Positions 24,101 to 37,411 are shown, counted from the first letter of the stretch. The stretch is 64,000 nucleotides of DNA from Chrysomallon squamiferum (GCA_012295275.1 CM022669.1:1550001-1614000), one strand, 5' to 3'. Made by a program: numbers and translations. Notes: generated by a model from the sequence alone, not told the origin.

Positions 24101-26955
24101 GCCGCTCGCACTCCGAAACTTTCAATCCTATACACACATAACAGACAGCATTGAATGCCTTCTGTTTTCAAGCAGGTGTTTAAACGCTGTAAAGGTTTAA
24201 TCATTAGATCAGATTTTGATCAGCCGGTGGGAATGTTCGTTTATTGACAAGACACGAACACACCTCGCAGCCGCTCGCAGTCCGAAACTTTTAATCGTAT
24301 ACACACATAACAGTCAGCATTCAATGCGTTCTGTTTTCAAGAAGGGCTGTAAACACTGTTAAGGGTTAATCATTAGATCTGATTTTGATGAGCTGGTGGG
24401 TATGTGCGTTTATTGACAAGAGATGAAGACATCTCGGAACCGCTCGCATTCCGAAACTTCCAATCCTATACACACGTAACAGACACAATTGAATGCGTTC
24501 AGTTCTCAACCAGCTCTTTAAACGCTGTTAAGGGTTAATCATTACATCTGATTTCCATGATGTTGTGCGTGATTGTGTTTATTGAAAAGAGACGAACACA
24601 CCTCGCAGCAGCTCGCACTCCGAAACTTTCAATCGTATACACACGTAACAGACAGCCTTGAATGCGTTCAGTTCTCAAACAGCTGTTTAATTGCTGTTAA
24701 GGGTTAATCATTAGATCTGATTTCCATGCGGCAGTGCGTGTTTGTGTTTATTGAGAAGAGACGAACACACTTCGCAACCGCTCGCACTCCGAAACTTTCA
24801 ATCGTATGCACAGGTAACAGTCGGCATTGAATGCGTTCAGTTCTCAACCAGCACTTTAAACGCTGTTAAGGGTTAATCATTAGATCTGATTTTGATCAGC
24901 CGGTGGGTAAGTGCGTTTATTTACAAGAGACGAGCACATCTCGCAACCGCTCGCACACCGAAACTTTCAATCGTATACACACGTAACAGACAGCATTGAA
25001 TGCGTTCAGTTCTGAACCAGCTCTTTAAACGCTGTTAAGGGTTAATCATTACATCTGATTTCCATGATGTTGTGCGTGATTCTGTTTATTGAGAACAAAC
25101 ACACCTCGCAGCCGCTCGCACTCCGAAACTTTCAATCGTATACACACATAACAGACAGCATTGAATGCGTTCTGTTTTCAAGCAGGTGTTTAAACGCTGT
25201 AAAGTGTTAATCATTACATTTGATTTCGATGAGGTAGTGCGTGTTTCTGTTTATTGAGAAGAGACGAACAGACGTCGCAAACGCTCGCACTCCGAAACTT
25301 TCAATCGTATACACACATACCAGACAGCCTTGAATGCGTTCAGTTCTCAAACAGCTGTTTAATTGCTGTTAAGGGTTAATCATTAGATCTGATTTCCACG
25401 AGGTACTGCATGTTTGTGTTTACTGAGAAGAGACGAACACACATCGCAACCGCTCGCACTCCGAAACTTTCAATCGTATACAGACATAACAAACAGCATT
25501 GAATGCGTTCTGTTTTCAAACAGCTGTTTAATTGCTGTTAAGCGTTAATCATTAGATCTGATTTCCATGCGGTAGTGCGTGTTTCTGTTTATTGTGATGA
25601 GACAAGCACACCTCGCAAGCGCTCGCAGTGCCAAACTTTCCGTCGTACACACACGTAACAGACAGCACTGAATGCGTTCTGATTTCTAGCAGGTCTTTAA
25701 ACGCTGTTACGGGTTAATCATTTGATCTGATTTCCATGAGGTAGTGCGTGTTTCTGTTTATTGAGAAGAGACGAACACACCTCGCAACCGATCGCAGTCC
25801 GAAACTTTTAATCGTATACACACATAACACACAGCATTCAATGCGTTCTGTTTTCAAGAAGGGCTGTAAACACTGTTAAGGGTTAATCATTAGATCTGAT
25901 TTTGATGAGCTGGTGGGTATGTGCGTTTATTGACAAGAGATGAAGACATCTCGGAACCGCTCGCATTCCGAAACTTCCAATCGTATACACACGTAACAGA
26001 CACAATTGAATGCGTTCAGTTCTCAACCAGCTCTTTAAACGCTGTTAAGGGTTAATCATTACATCTGATTTCCATGATGTTGTGCGTGATTGTGTTTATT
26101 GAAAAGAGACGAACACACCTCGCAACCGCTCGCACTCCGAAACTTTCAATCGTATACACACGTAACAGACAGCCTTGAATGCGTTCAGTTCTCAAACAGC
26201 TGTTTAATTGCTGTTAAGGGTTAATCATTAGATCTGATTTCCATGATGTTGTGCGTGATTGTGTTTATTGAAAAGAGACGAACACACCTCGCAACCGCTC
26301 GCACTCCGAAACTTTCAATCGTATACACACGTAACAGACAGCCTTGAATGCGTTCAGTTCTCAAACAGCTGTTTAATTGCTGTTAAGGGTTAATCATTAG
26401 ATCTGATTTCCATGCGGTAGTGCGTGTTTCTGTTTACTGAGAAGAGACAAACAGACCTCGCAACCGCTCGCATTCCGAAACTTTCAATCGTATAGACAGA
26501 TGACAGACAGAATTGAATTCGTTCTGTTTTCTAGCAGGTCTTTAAACGCTGTTAATGGTTAATCATTAGATCTGATTTTGATGAGCTAGTGGGTATGTGC
26601 GTCTATTGACAAGAGACGAACACATCTCGCAACCGCTCGCACTCCGAAACTTCCAATGGTATGCACACGTAACAGACAGCATTGAATGCGTTCAGTTCTC
26701 ACGCACCTCTTTAATCGCTGTAAAGGGTTAATCATCCGATCTGATTTAGATTATATGGTGCGTGTGTGTTTTTATTTACAAGAGACGAACACTTCTCGCA
26801 ACCGCTCTCACTCCGAAGCTTCGAATCATATGCACACATAACAGACAGTATTGAATGCGTTCAGTTCTCAACCAACTCTTTAAACGCTGTTAAGGGTTAA
26901 TCATTAGATCTGATTTCGATGAGGTAGTGCGTGTTTGTTTATTGAGATGAGACGA
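15140..26955 (+). repeat. 169-bp satellite array (~70 monomers): homogeneous core to ~23290, diverged edge to ~26955
   Basis: The monomer recurs every 169 bp (ORF-track ends step by 169: 16042, 16211, 16380, 16549...). It is much richer in GC and CpG than the flanks. Confidence 0.98.
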
Positions 26956-26957
26956 TT

Positions 26958-27915
26958 GTTATGTGGCTCTGAATCCGACGACCGCAGTTCGAATCCCGGA
27001 GTAAGACAACACCCCGAATGCTGCTCCACGTTTGTTCTGTTTGATTAAACACAAGTACAATTGGAAGGAAAAGAGTGCCTTGTTCTCCGCTCTCTCGATC
27101 TCTGGTTAACATTGTTATGTGCCTATGTACACCTGGCTGTGAATCCGACGACCGCAGTTCGAATCTCGGAGTAAGACAACACTCCGAATGCTGCTCCGCG
27201 TTAGTTCTGTTTGATTAAAGACAAGTACAATGGGAATGAAAAGCGTGCATTCTTCACCGTTCTCGCGATCTCTGGTGAACATTCTTAGGTGCTTATATAC
27301 ATGCTGCTGTGTTACCATTGATTGTAGATCGTAGCTTGGAATAAGGCAACACCTACCGTGAATGCCACAATTGAAGATTACGAGCTTACATACAAATGTC
27401 TATTCGATTGCATTTCCTAAACGTACGTCTGTATCTCACTACTGCGAGAGATACAAATAAGAAGTTTGAATCGTTCTGCTGTGAAGCTGTTGTCTCGGAG
27501 GAGTTACGAACTCACTGTTAGATGTGGCTTCGCAGACCTTCGTCTTCCAAGAGCAGTTCAATCCGAACAGAAGACGCATGTGTTCTCGCTGTGAAACACA
27601 CATATAGAAGCACGCTCTCACTGAAACGAAGGTTACTACTCGTTCATGTTCGTTATTAGTAGATGAGCAATTGCATCATTCTTCACTCTAACACACAAAC
27701 ACAGAAACAAAATATAAACAGAACACTGCGAACGCTGCTCCACGTTAGTTCTTTTTCATTAAAGACATGTACAATGGGAAGGAAAAGAGTGCGTTCTTCT
27801 CCGCTCTCTCGCCATCTGGTTAACTTTGTTATGTGACTATGTACACCTGGCTGTGAATCCGACGACAGCAGTTCGAATCTCGGAGTAAGACAACACTCCG
27901 AATGCTGCTCCGCAG
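26958..27915 (+). repeat. Second ~170-bp repeat (about 3 copies) containing a tRNA-Gln-like anticodon/T-arm segment with a Pol III B box
   Basis: GAATCCGACGA at 26971 and 27141 (170 bp apart) and again at ~27855. Each copy contains AGTTCGAATCYCGG. Confidence 0.8.
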
Positions 27916-28606
27916 GTTAAAAGCAGTGGTTACTTTCTCGCTGATGAGATCTAGCATAAAAAAAGAGGTGAAATAAGGAGAAATAAAACGGCAGTTTAGA
28001 CATAAATGATTTAATAGATTGTAGATATTAAGTAAACAGTAAATCATTTACAAATCAATTTATACAAATACATTAAGAAATAATTATATGGTTTGGTTTG
28101 GTTTCATTTAAGATAATGTATTTTGTTTTTAAAGTTATTGTCTTCCGTTTCTTTTATCACGAGCATTTGCCGGTTTACTGTTTTTCGTTTTGAGATATTG
28201 TAAAGGTAAATTACAAACGAGTTTAAGTCTAAATCGAAGCAGAAGACAAAAAAGAATCAGAATATCAGATGCACGTATTACGTGTCAACTGATCAACACA
28301 GCTGACAGAAGCTCGTGAATGAACGAAAAATTAAAGAAAACGGACTTAAAAACATGCATTGTATACATTTGTATCATTTATTTCGAGCAATTAACTATTA
28401 AATTAAATTTCTATTTATATAATTTGTAAAGAAGAAAGATTGTTAAAGCGTGGTATCGTTAAGCTAGATATTACTGTATTTATACAATAATAATCGCTTT
28501 CCAAATAATCTGGAGCAGATCATTATAATGACTGAGGTAAAACCAAACATGTCAATAAGACCACTGAACTACATTTAGCCTTTCTACGAAATGGGAATTC
28601 TACCAG

Positions 28607-28681
28607 ATGGGACTAAGCTCTCGGGGGTTCACATTTGACCTCGAAGGAAACGAGCTCCAGGAATGGGGTTATGCAGGATCG
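28607..28681 (+). CDS. Possible short first coding exon (MGLSSRGFTFDLEGNELQEWGYAGS)
   Basis: ATG at 28607, 25 open codons and a strong donor G|GTAAGT at 28682 within a GC-richer island. No downstream exon identified. Confidence 0.25.
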
Positions 28682-30631
28682 GTAAGTCTCTCAGTACTTG
28701 TAATAAATGAATGCTGTATTGCATTCTTTCCGTATTATATTACGTGAAGATTAAAAATAAAATAACGCCTGAAGTATTTTTGCGGATCCTTTGAATTAGT
28801 ATTGTCACACTTTATCATTAGTACAGTAAAGAAATAAGACAAGCATTTTTATAAAGCAGCAAACAAGATATTTTGTATGAACAATGAAAAGAAGACTTTA
28901 TTTAAATTTATTCGTTTAATATTTTTGTTTATTTTATTTGGTTGTTAGTTAATTTTGTTTATAATTGTGTAAATTCAACTTATAATTTTTTTGAGGTAGG
29001 TTGAAAGCTTACCTCATGATATAGCTGTATCGAAAGACGGCAAAGACATCTACATAGACGACGTGCTGCCGTCGGCGAAACCAATAATGAAGTTCCATAA
29101 ATCGGAACTTGTAAATAAACCACAGAGAAGAATGATGCATTAACCTGTTGACTCAGTCTGATGTGAATCAGGAAGAAGAACAAAAATTGGTGTGTGACAG
29201 TGTTTTGTTCCAAAATCGGTGGCGGGGATATAATAGATAAATAAATAAATAAAAACAGATTGGGTCCCAGAAAATAAATAAGTTATTATATAATTTAACA
29301 TTAATACAAATTATATAACTGATTAAATATTATTTAGTATATTAATCAATGTAAAAAAATAATAAAATAATAAAATAAATAAAATAAAAATAAAAAGTAA
29401 TCAAATAAAATTTAAAAAAATTACTGGTCCAGTTTTATGATTAACTGATGAAAAGAAGTCATTTCTTTTATAAGATTAAAGATTATATTAAGACCTTAAA
29501 TTCGAACGAAAAAATAGTTTAAAATATAAAATTAAAATAAATAAAATAAAATAAAATAAAATAAAATAAATAATTTTAAAAAATAAACAATAAAAAAGAA
29601 ATTAAATTAAAAAATTAAAAATAAAATAATAATAATAATAACAATAATAATAATAAAATTTTAAAATTTAAATAATAAAATAATACCATCACCCCGCACA
29701 AACAACAAGAACAAACATACGTTATATTATTGTTAGTTTGTTATGCGTGATCTTTTCATAAAAGTTTTAAGTTCTGAGCTAGTCTGATTTGTATCTGTGT
29801 ATTTTACATCGTGTTAAATACATTTAAAATTCAAACGTTTCACTCTTGTCCTCCCAACAACGCTTTCTCTTACTAACTTTCACTCAATTTACGTCTGTCT
29901 GCCTACTGAATATTAACAATGAAGGGCTTTAATTAGGTTAAAATTTTATTTGAACAAACTCAGATGTATATTTTCACAGTTACTATCTTATTAAGCATAA
30001 TAATTAGTGACATTTAATTAAATATAAATGCCACAAGAATTGTTGTCATATCTACAAATAACTATGACTGTACAGAATCAAATGAAATTCGAGGACTTTT
30101 TTCTTGCAATAAACCTCCAAATAGTGTTATGCCTTTATTTTACTTTATTTTTTTGATATTATATTATGTTATATTATATATTATATTATGTTATATTATA
30201 TTTATTTATTTTATTCATTTATTCCTTCAATTATTGTTTATTTTATGATAATAAATCATTTTGCAACTTATTTTGAGTGACAATTTGATGTTGTTTATGA
30301 GAAAGAGCATACAATGAACATACAAGAAATAAATTAAAGAAATATATAATTAAGAGAAACAACAATAACAAAACAATAATAATTATAATAATAATGGTAA
30401 TGATGATGATAATGATGAAGTTGATTATGATAAAGTAATAATAATAAAGCGTAAAAATAAAATAAATAGTTCAGATATTTTCAGTAGTACTCCTAATTTT
30501 GACATAGGGTATACAGATGCACATTGATACTTCGAAAGATAATTCTATGGTTGAGAAACTGATAGAAGTTGAAACATTTCATATTATGTGCTGAGTTGTG
30601 ATAGACTTGCTCTGTGCCCTTTTATTTGCAG

Positions 30632-30679
<48 letters not shown>

Positions 30680-31746
30680 TACTACTACTACTATTTAACC
30701 AATCGATTGCTTATATAATCATTTTGAAATATTACACACACATACACATTCATTATATATCACAGATAAACAGAAATACAATAAAGTAACAAGTAAAAGA
30801 AATCTAGATAAGCAAATATTATTTTCGTTTTGTCCATCATTTTAAAATGATATTTTGAAATTAATATGATCAAATATATAAACGAAAACAAAAGAAAACA
30901 AAATAAGATTATTTAATCAAGAAACGAACGAATCAACCAACACAATAAATAAATAAACAAATAAATAAATAAATAAAAATCGATACATTAAAATAAAATA
31001 CCAATTCATGACATCAAAACTGACTGGGTTTCTTTCCAGTGGAAAGTCTATCTATCCTTCTATCCTTAGGTGAGTAAATAATATACATGTACAATGACTG
31101 TGACCCTGTTTAAATGTATGTCAACGCTGGTAAACAGATATGAGTTATTTCTTTATAAAAATTTACTTTACTGGACTGAAAAGCTAAATCAGTTTTAAGT
31201 ATTAATGTGGAAGCGACTACAGATTACGTCAAACGCAGGATGTACATATATCATAGTGTCTGGATTAAAAACAGAGATAATTTGTCAATGTTGTGGAGTG
31301 ATTTATAAACTGGTTGTAAGTGACAGCGTGAAACGACAAAGCAAGTACGCCTCTTATTAATTCAAAGGTTTATGTAGTAAAATAATAATAATAATAATAA
31401 TAATTTCTCTCGTTCGTTTTTCGTACTATTTTAATGTTGGAACAGAAATAATTAGAAAAAAACCGAACGGACATATCTCATATGTGACTGGTTTTATTTT
31501 TAGTATCACCCTAATTCCTGACAACTGACATATATAATCCGTTTTACACAATACAGAAACTTGTATTGGCAAGGGAGACAACAACAACAGCAAAAAAAGC
31601 CCGACAATACAACGAAAAGAAGAAGACGAAGAAGAAATGACAGATATAAAACTGGATTGTATAAATATGATAACGCTAGGCGGATACCAAAGATGTCGAA
31701 GTGATTGCAACAAAGTCTGTTCTAGACAACACCCAGGTTTGTATGT

Positions 31747-31747
<1 letters not shown>

Positions 31748-31797
<50 letters not shown>

Positions 31798-31841
31798 TAT
31801 TAATAACTGCATCCTGTTATTTTTATTATTTCAATATTTGC

Positions 31842-31905
<64 letters not shown>
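31748..31905. repeat. (CT)n and (AG)n microsatellites in inverted arrangement
   Basis: (CT)n at 31748-31794 and (AG)n at 31846-31905. Confidence 0.95.
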
Positions 31906-31908
<3 letters not shown>

Positions 31909-32299
31909 AATATGATTTTAATCAGACACCATATTTATGGAATATAGTGTTATTTTCATAGTTTTTATTTGTCTTTTTTCTATTCCTTTTACTATGATTG
32001 TTTTCTATGATATATTTAATTCTTATATATTTTAAAACTGCCGCTGATATTGTTCACGTAGACTAGTTTTATCTTATTTTATAAAAAGTCTGATGAAATA
32101 CATATGCATTGTGTTATATTTAGCATCATGTAACATGGTAAAGGTTTCACGGAATCATACAAACAGCAGTCGACTTATTCCGTAGGACATTCGGCCTATT
32201 CCGTAAATACTGGATGTCATCGAGTTTTTGTTAATTATAGTTTGTTTCAAAATGTTTAATGTACAACATCATCATTTCAGGTAACAGCAGCCATATATA

Positions 32300-32513
32300 C
32301 AGGATGTCCCAGAAGTCACGCACCATGAAGATTTTTATTTAGATACATATGAATAAAAAATTTATTAATAATAATCATAACAAATGCTCAAATTGCTTGC
32401 CCTCTGCATTGATACATACTTCAATTCTCTTTATAAAACTGTTTTTTTACTCTGTAATATAAAAAAATAAAATATTATATACATGTATATGGTGCGCGAC
32501 TTCTGGGACACTG
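32300..32513. mobile_element. Tc1/mariner-type MITE (214 bp)
   Basis: TIRs CAGGATGTCCCAGAAGTCACGCACCAT ... ATGGTGCGCGACTTCTGGGACACTG, flanked by TA on both sides. Confidence 0.88.
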
Positions 32514-33271
32514 TATATTGAAATTATAAATGTATAATCTGGAAGCTGAATCTACTCAGTTATTTCATTGTACATTTATCAAAATCTATATAGTTGAACA
32601 TTTGTAATTAAAATAAAACTTTGAATGTGACATTGAACAATTATTTCTTATCTAAAATGGAATTAAATTGTTTGTTTTTGTTGCAACTGTCATGATAACA
32701 TCACAGATATATAACACTGAACTATCATTGTTAATATTTGAGAAATAATCCTATCTAAATTTGCAAGTATTAAATATCTTACAGACATCCATTATCATTA
32801 AATAAAAATATATATTGTAATATTAAAAACTGTGTAACATGCAATTAATTTACAAACAAAATTATCATGTGGAAACAATTTTGCTGTTGAAGGCCTGTGG
32901 AGATTTGTTTTTATCTGTGAATGTAAATGATTAAAACAATACAAATACTATTTATCAGAGTTAAATGTTAAGTAGGCAAAAGAGTAACAAAATGTACCCA
33001 TATTCAGTCTATGTTAGTGCTAACATATAAGCTTTCAGTTTACAAACTTTAAGATATTAAATCTTTATACTGTTTATTCTTTTGTCCTAGTTTTATAAAT
33101 TCCTGTTAACTATTTAATGAACTTAACTTCATACTTATTTACAATAACTGAAATCTGAATTTTTACTATTTTGTGATGGAATGATGTTCAGTTAAATTAC
33201 TGACTTTACAATAATGTCAATAGAGTGGAAATTCAGCTTCATGACAAAATAATTTATCAGGTTTTAAGCAT

Positions 33272-34035
33272 ACCACTTGAAATTTGATCTCTTATTTTAT
33301 ATCTGTTCCCTGATAATATTTCTTCAGTTACTGTATCATTGTAATTCAGTCCTCCCATACTCTTCATAACATATAACAAATGTAAGTTCTTTGAACTGAT
33401 AGTGTTTAAATAAAGATCAGGCAAATGTTTTGACAAATGCAAGTCCTTTGGAGTAATAATAATTGTTTTTATAGTGAGTAGTTAGACAAGCAGTTTTAAC
33501 ATTATTTGATATGTTCATTTGGAATACAACATTCCATTTATAATTCACATACCTGTTTGTAATAATAACAAATGAAAGCCAGACGATGATGACAGCTTTG
33601 AGAAACATATTTCCTTGAACCAAGCTATTCAGACTGGATCAACATGTGAAAAATGGCACTGGTAAAAAGGTACCTGGAAAAAACTTCACTATGCGAATTG
33701 TGAAAAAATGGCACCTTATTTATTTTTTCTATATAGTTGCTTAAAAAAAACTTAAAAGTACTTCTGAGATTACAGGTAATTCATGCAGTATTGCTACACT
33801 CAGCCACTTGGTTTTGCTTAACAAAGCACAGTATTATATCAAAGTTTAATATTACAATTACCACATTACTATCATATTTAAAAATATAATATACATAGCA
33901 TCACTCAAGCACTTAGTTTTGGTTACCTTGAGGTTTGCAATAGATGCTGTGACCTGCAATTATGAATTATTTTTGTAAGCAGGAGTTAACTGATTATGTT
34001 ATCATGATCAAACACAGAGGGAATTATGTGTGTGT

Positions 34036-34085
<50 letters not shown>

Positions 34086-34250
34086 TAATACATATATGTA
34101 TACTTACATGCACAGCTGCACGAGTATGTTCATACATAGACACGTTCACACAGATCTACCTACTGTTAAAATGCAAACCAAAGTTAGAATGTTATCATTC
34201 AATCAATTCAAACAGCATGAAATATAATAATAATAATAATAATAATAATA

Positions 34251-34285
<35 letters not shown>

Positions 34286-34778
34286 TGGGGGGGGGGTTAG
34301 TTTACTTTTATTTTGACTGACCTTTTAATTATGAACTGCCAACAATTGTTAAATATGATATTAGCTGCAGATTATATTATTTCTGACCTTAAATGATTAT
34401 CTCAAATATTATTCATGCATTGGGTTTTTATGTGTTTTTTATGTGCAATTATGAATTGTTTTTGTAAGCAGGACTTCACCTAATACTAGTAACTAAATGT
34501 CAATAAGCAAATTTTTTTCTACTTTTTTTTTTTTCACATATCCATTGTTTTCCAAATTTGATTAGTGCCATTTCTTCCAGGTGCCTTTTTTTCCGGTGCC
34601 ATTTTCTCCGAACCCCATCTCAAACATATGTTCCTTCGTAAGCATACTTATAATATACACCCACATATACAATTTTATGTATAAATATGATAACATATTG
34701 TGAAACAGTCTATAAGTAATCTTCATACTACTTCAGCAAATGTCATTAATACTAAGTATTGCCGCATCAAGCATGAAT
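33272..34778 (-). pseudogene. Possible disrupted C-type-lectin-like exon(s)
   Basis: Minus-strand fragments VYVGVYYKYAYEGTYV*DG (right of the element) and KYVSQSCHHRLAFICYYYKQ|GTATGT (left of it) resemble the CTLD WIGL...EGxFxWxDG and CxxxxxFIC motifs. An open exon at ~33272-33446 with AG/GT ends follows. Confidence 0.3.
33645..34616. mobile_element. Foldback/Mutator-like non-autonomous element with modular TIRs
   Basis: Left GAAAAATGGCACTGGTAAAAAGGTACCTGGAAAAAA matches the reverse complement of the right end, GAAAATGGCACCGGAAAAAAAGGCACCTGGAAGAAA. Internal duplication CAATTATGAATTRTTTTTGTAAGCAGGA at ~33957 and ~34447. No clear TSD. Confidence 0.7.
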
Positions 34779-34779
34779 G

Positions 34780-34819
<40 letters not shown>

Positions 34820-36479
34820 AAGTTAAAATCCATTTCGATAAATCATGAATCCGATATTTCCGGCAGTTTCCTCTGACATATGTTTAGAGCATGTTTTTTT
34901 TTTTTTTTTTTTTTTAACAAAATATATATATTTAGACTTATTGTCAACATGAATTACTTGATACAATTCTGTCAAGTGCGTCAGCTGGTATGTCTGAATG
35001 ATCTCTAAACGTACCTCTTTTTTTATGTGTATGTGTTTCACATAATACTATGGTTACAAATATTCAGTGCGAATAATATGTTTTCGTTGTGGATGTGAAA
35101 TCGGGTTAAAATGACCTCGATTTGCTGTAAACAACATGCAATGCGGTAAAATAATTTATATTTCAATTTAGTGGGTGTTCACGTCTACAAGTGTAAATGC
35201 GCATGTGTAGTTTGAATACCGTATATAGACGCAGTTAGAAATATATGGTATTACTTCTGTGTATTTCTGACATGCAGTCAAAAACATACATGACGTACGT
35301 ACCTACATAAATAAAAATATTAAAAATATGACACAATTTTTCTTTTTTTCGTTTTGCTTGCAAACTGAAAGGATATACTGTACACAATAAATGATGTTAC
35401 GGTTTTATGAGTGGCCTGTTTCTTTCTTGCCTCCAGAGTAAATACATTTAAATTATTTACACTAAAAGTAACTTGAACTTAAATAACTGAGATATTGAAA
35501 TAAAGGTATGTAGTTTCAGTTTAATTTGTCTGTCTTTAGCAATTATTGTATATAAAAAAAGAAAAAAGAAAAAAAAAGAAAAGAAAAGCAAAATAAATAA
35601 ATAAATAATAATAATAATAATAAAATATTAAACATTTATTTTATATATATATATAATAAAAATAACAAACAACAACAATACAACATTGAATTTTAACAAC
35701 TGATATCTCAGAAACTGCATTTAATTTTTTTTTAAATGCATCATTAAAGTCATGGATATTGTTTGTTATTGGCAATTTTCTATATCAAATACTCAGCCTG
35801 TAATAGACAGTTTTCATGTGTTTTCAAAGGTCAGTTAAAGTTTTACCTTTTTTCTTAAGTGAAATAACTTAGTGCTATTTTTACAAACAGGGATTGTAAA
35901 TCTGTTTAATTTAACCAGTCCCTCAAAGAGAACTACATCAAACATTTATTTATTTAATGTTTCTTTTGTTATTTCAGATTAATTAATATAATTAAAAGGC
36001 AAACATTAACACCCAGATAAACATATTGTGATATTTTTTCAGTGTTATAAAGTTTTTTATTCATACTTTTCATCACTTACCCCATACATTGTACTAAAAC
36101 AAAATAGTAATAATAATTTGATTATCAGTAAATTTTATCATTTTTATCTGCTAGTTTTACTTAAACATATACATGTTCAGTTGTTTAAACATTGTTTCAA
36201 TCCTTCTTAGTCCAGTGGGCTTTTAGTCTGGAAATCTCAATAATTTGTCTCATTAAAGTTATTTCATTCATTCACTAAAGTTCCATCTAGTTGTATTTGT
36301 TTTCATTTTGTTAATTCTTCTACATATTTTCTGTAGTATATATATATTTTTTTTAACAATTTATATGTGTAAATAACCTAATTTAATGATATGTATAGCT
36401 ATTTTTTATCAGTTATTTAAAAAATAGTGAAATTTATCTAGTCATCATATCTTTCCACCACTTATTGTGACTTATAGTG

Positions 36480-36517
<38 letters not shown>

Positions 36518-37174
36518 GATGAAATTATTATATAAAATAATAATAATAATAATTTATTATTACTATTATAAATAACATTTTTTCCATACTAAAAAGCTTG
36601 TTAGAACATATAAATAACATTGTTGAAAATAAATAAAAATAAAAATATCTCAATACAATTTTAGAAATAATAATAATAAAGATGATAGAAATCATTATTT
36701 GCAGAAACAGTTTTGAAACAAATTAACAATCCCAGATTGATTTTCTCCCCAGTTCAATAACCAAAAATCGGACAAGTAAAAACACTAACTATGACATCAA
36801 CTGAAAGAAAACTATTGATATGGTGTTTCACACCATAGAAATATTCATAATTAGTTTCATATTTATGATTCTGGAAGAGACACACGACAAATATATCTGT
36901 ACTTGTGATATTTGTAACATTAAAAGTAGACATGTATGTAAATAGTTTAAAAAGATGAAAGTTGTTCTGTAATCATTATTATGTAATCTGCATTTGTGTT
37001 TGGAATGTTTCCACAATAATGCCTTGAAATATGATTTATGTTTGGTCGTTTTCAGAACTTTATCATACTTTATTATATATTCAAATATTCCATGTCTGAT
37101 ACTAACAAACAAAATGGAAATTAAATAAATAGTCAAACAATAAAAATAATAACCTAAAAATAACAACAACAACA

Positions 37175-37217
<43 letters not shown>

Positions 37218-37411
37218 TCTTATTTTCTTGAGCTCTTAATAATATTTAATTTCCAAATGATTTGTTTTTAACTGTATTTTTTTGTTGTTTTGTTTTCAGT
37301 TTCCTGGCTATTTTTCGTGGATAATATATAATTATTGCAACCCTCTGATTATTTTTATTATTATTTGTCAAGGACCTTATCCAGTATTCTGATTTTTTAG
37401 ATAAGCTGAAA

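Noticed and set aside
15140-26955. CRISPR array or 5S rDNA array
   Set aside because: No unique spacers and a eukaryotic context. The monomer does not resemble 5S rRNA and has no poly-T terminator pattern.
26964-27000. Functional tRNA-Gln gene
   Set aside because: No acceptor stem or D arm/A box, and the anticodon stem is broken; kept only as a tRNA-derived repeat.
33553-33608. Signal-peptide exon MFLKAVIIVWLSFVIITN on the minus strand
   Set aside because: Its phase-2 donor leads to an early stop in the next candidate exon. The alternative frame (…CHHRLAFIC…) splices in frame.
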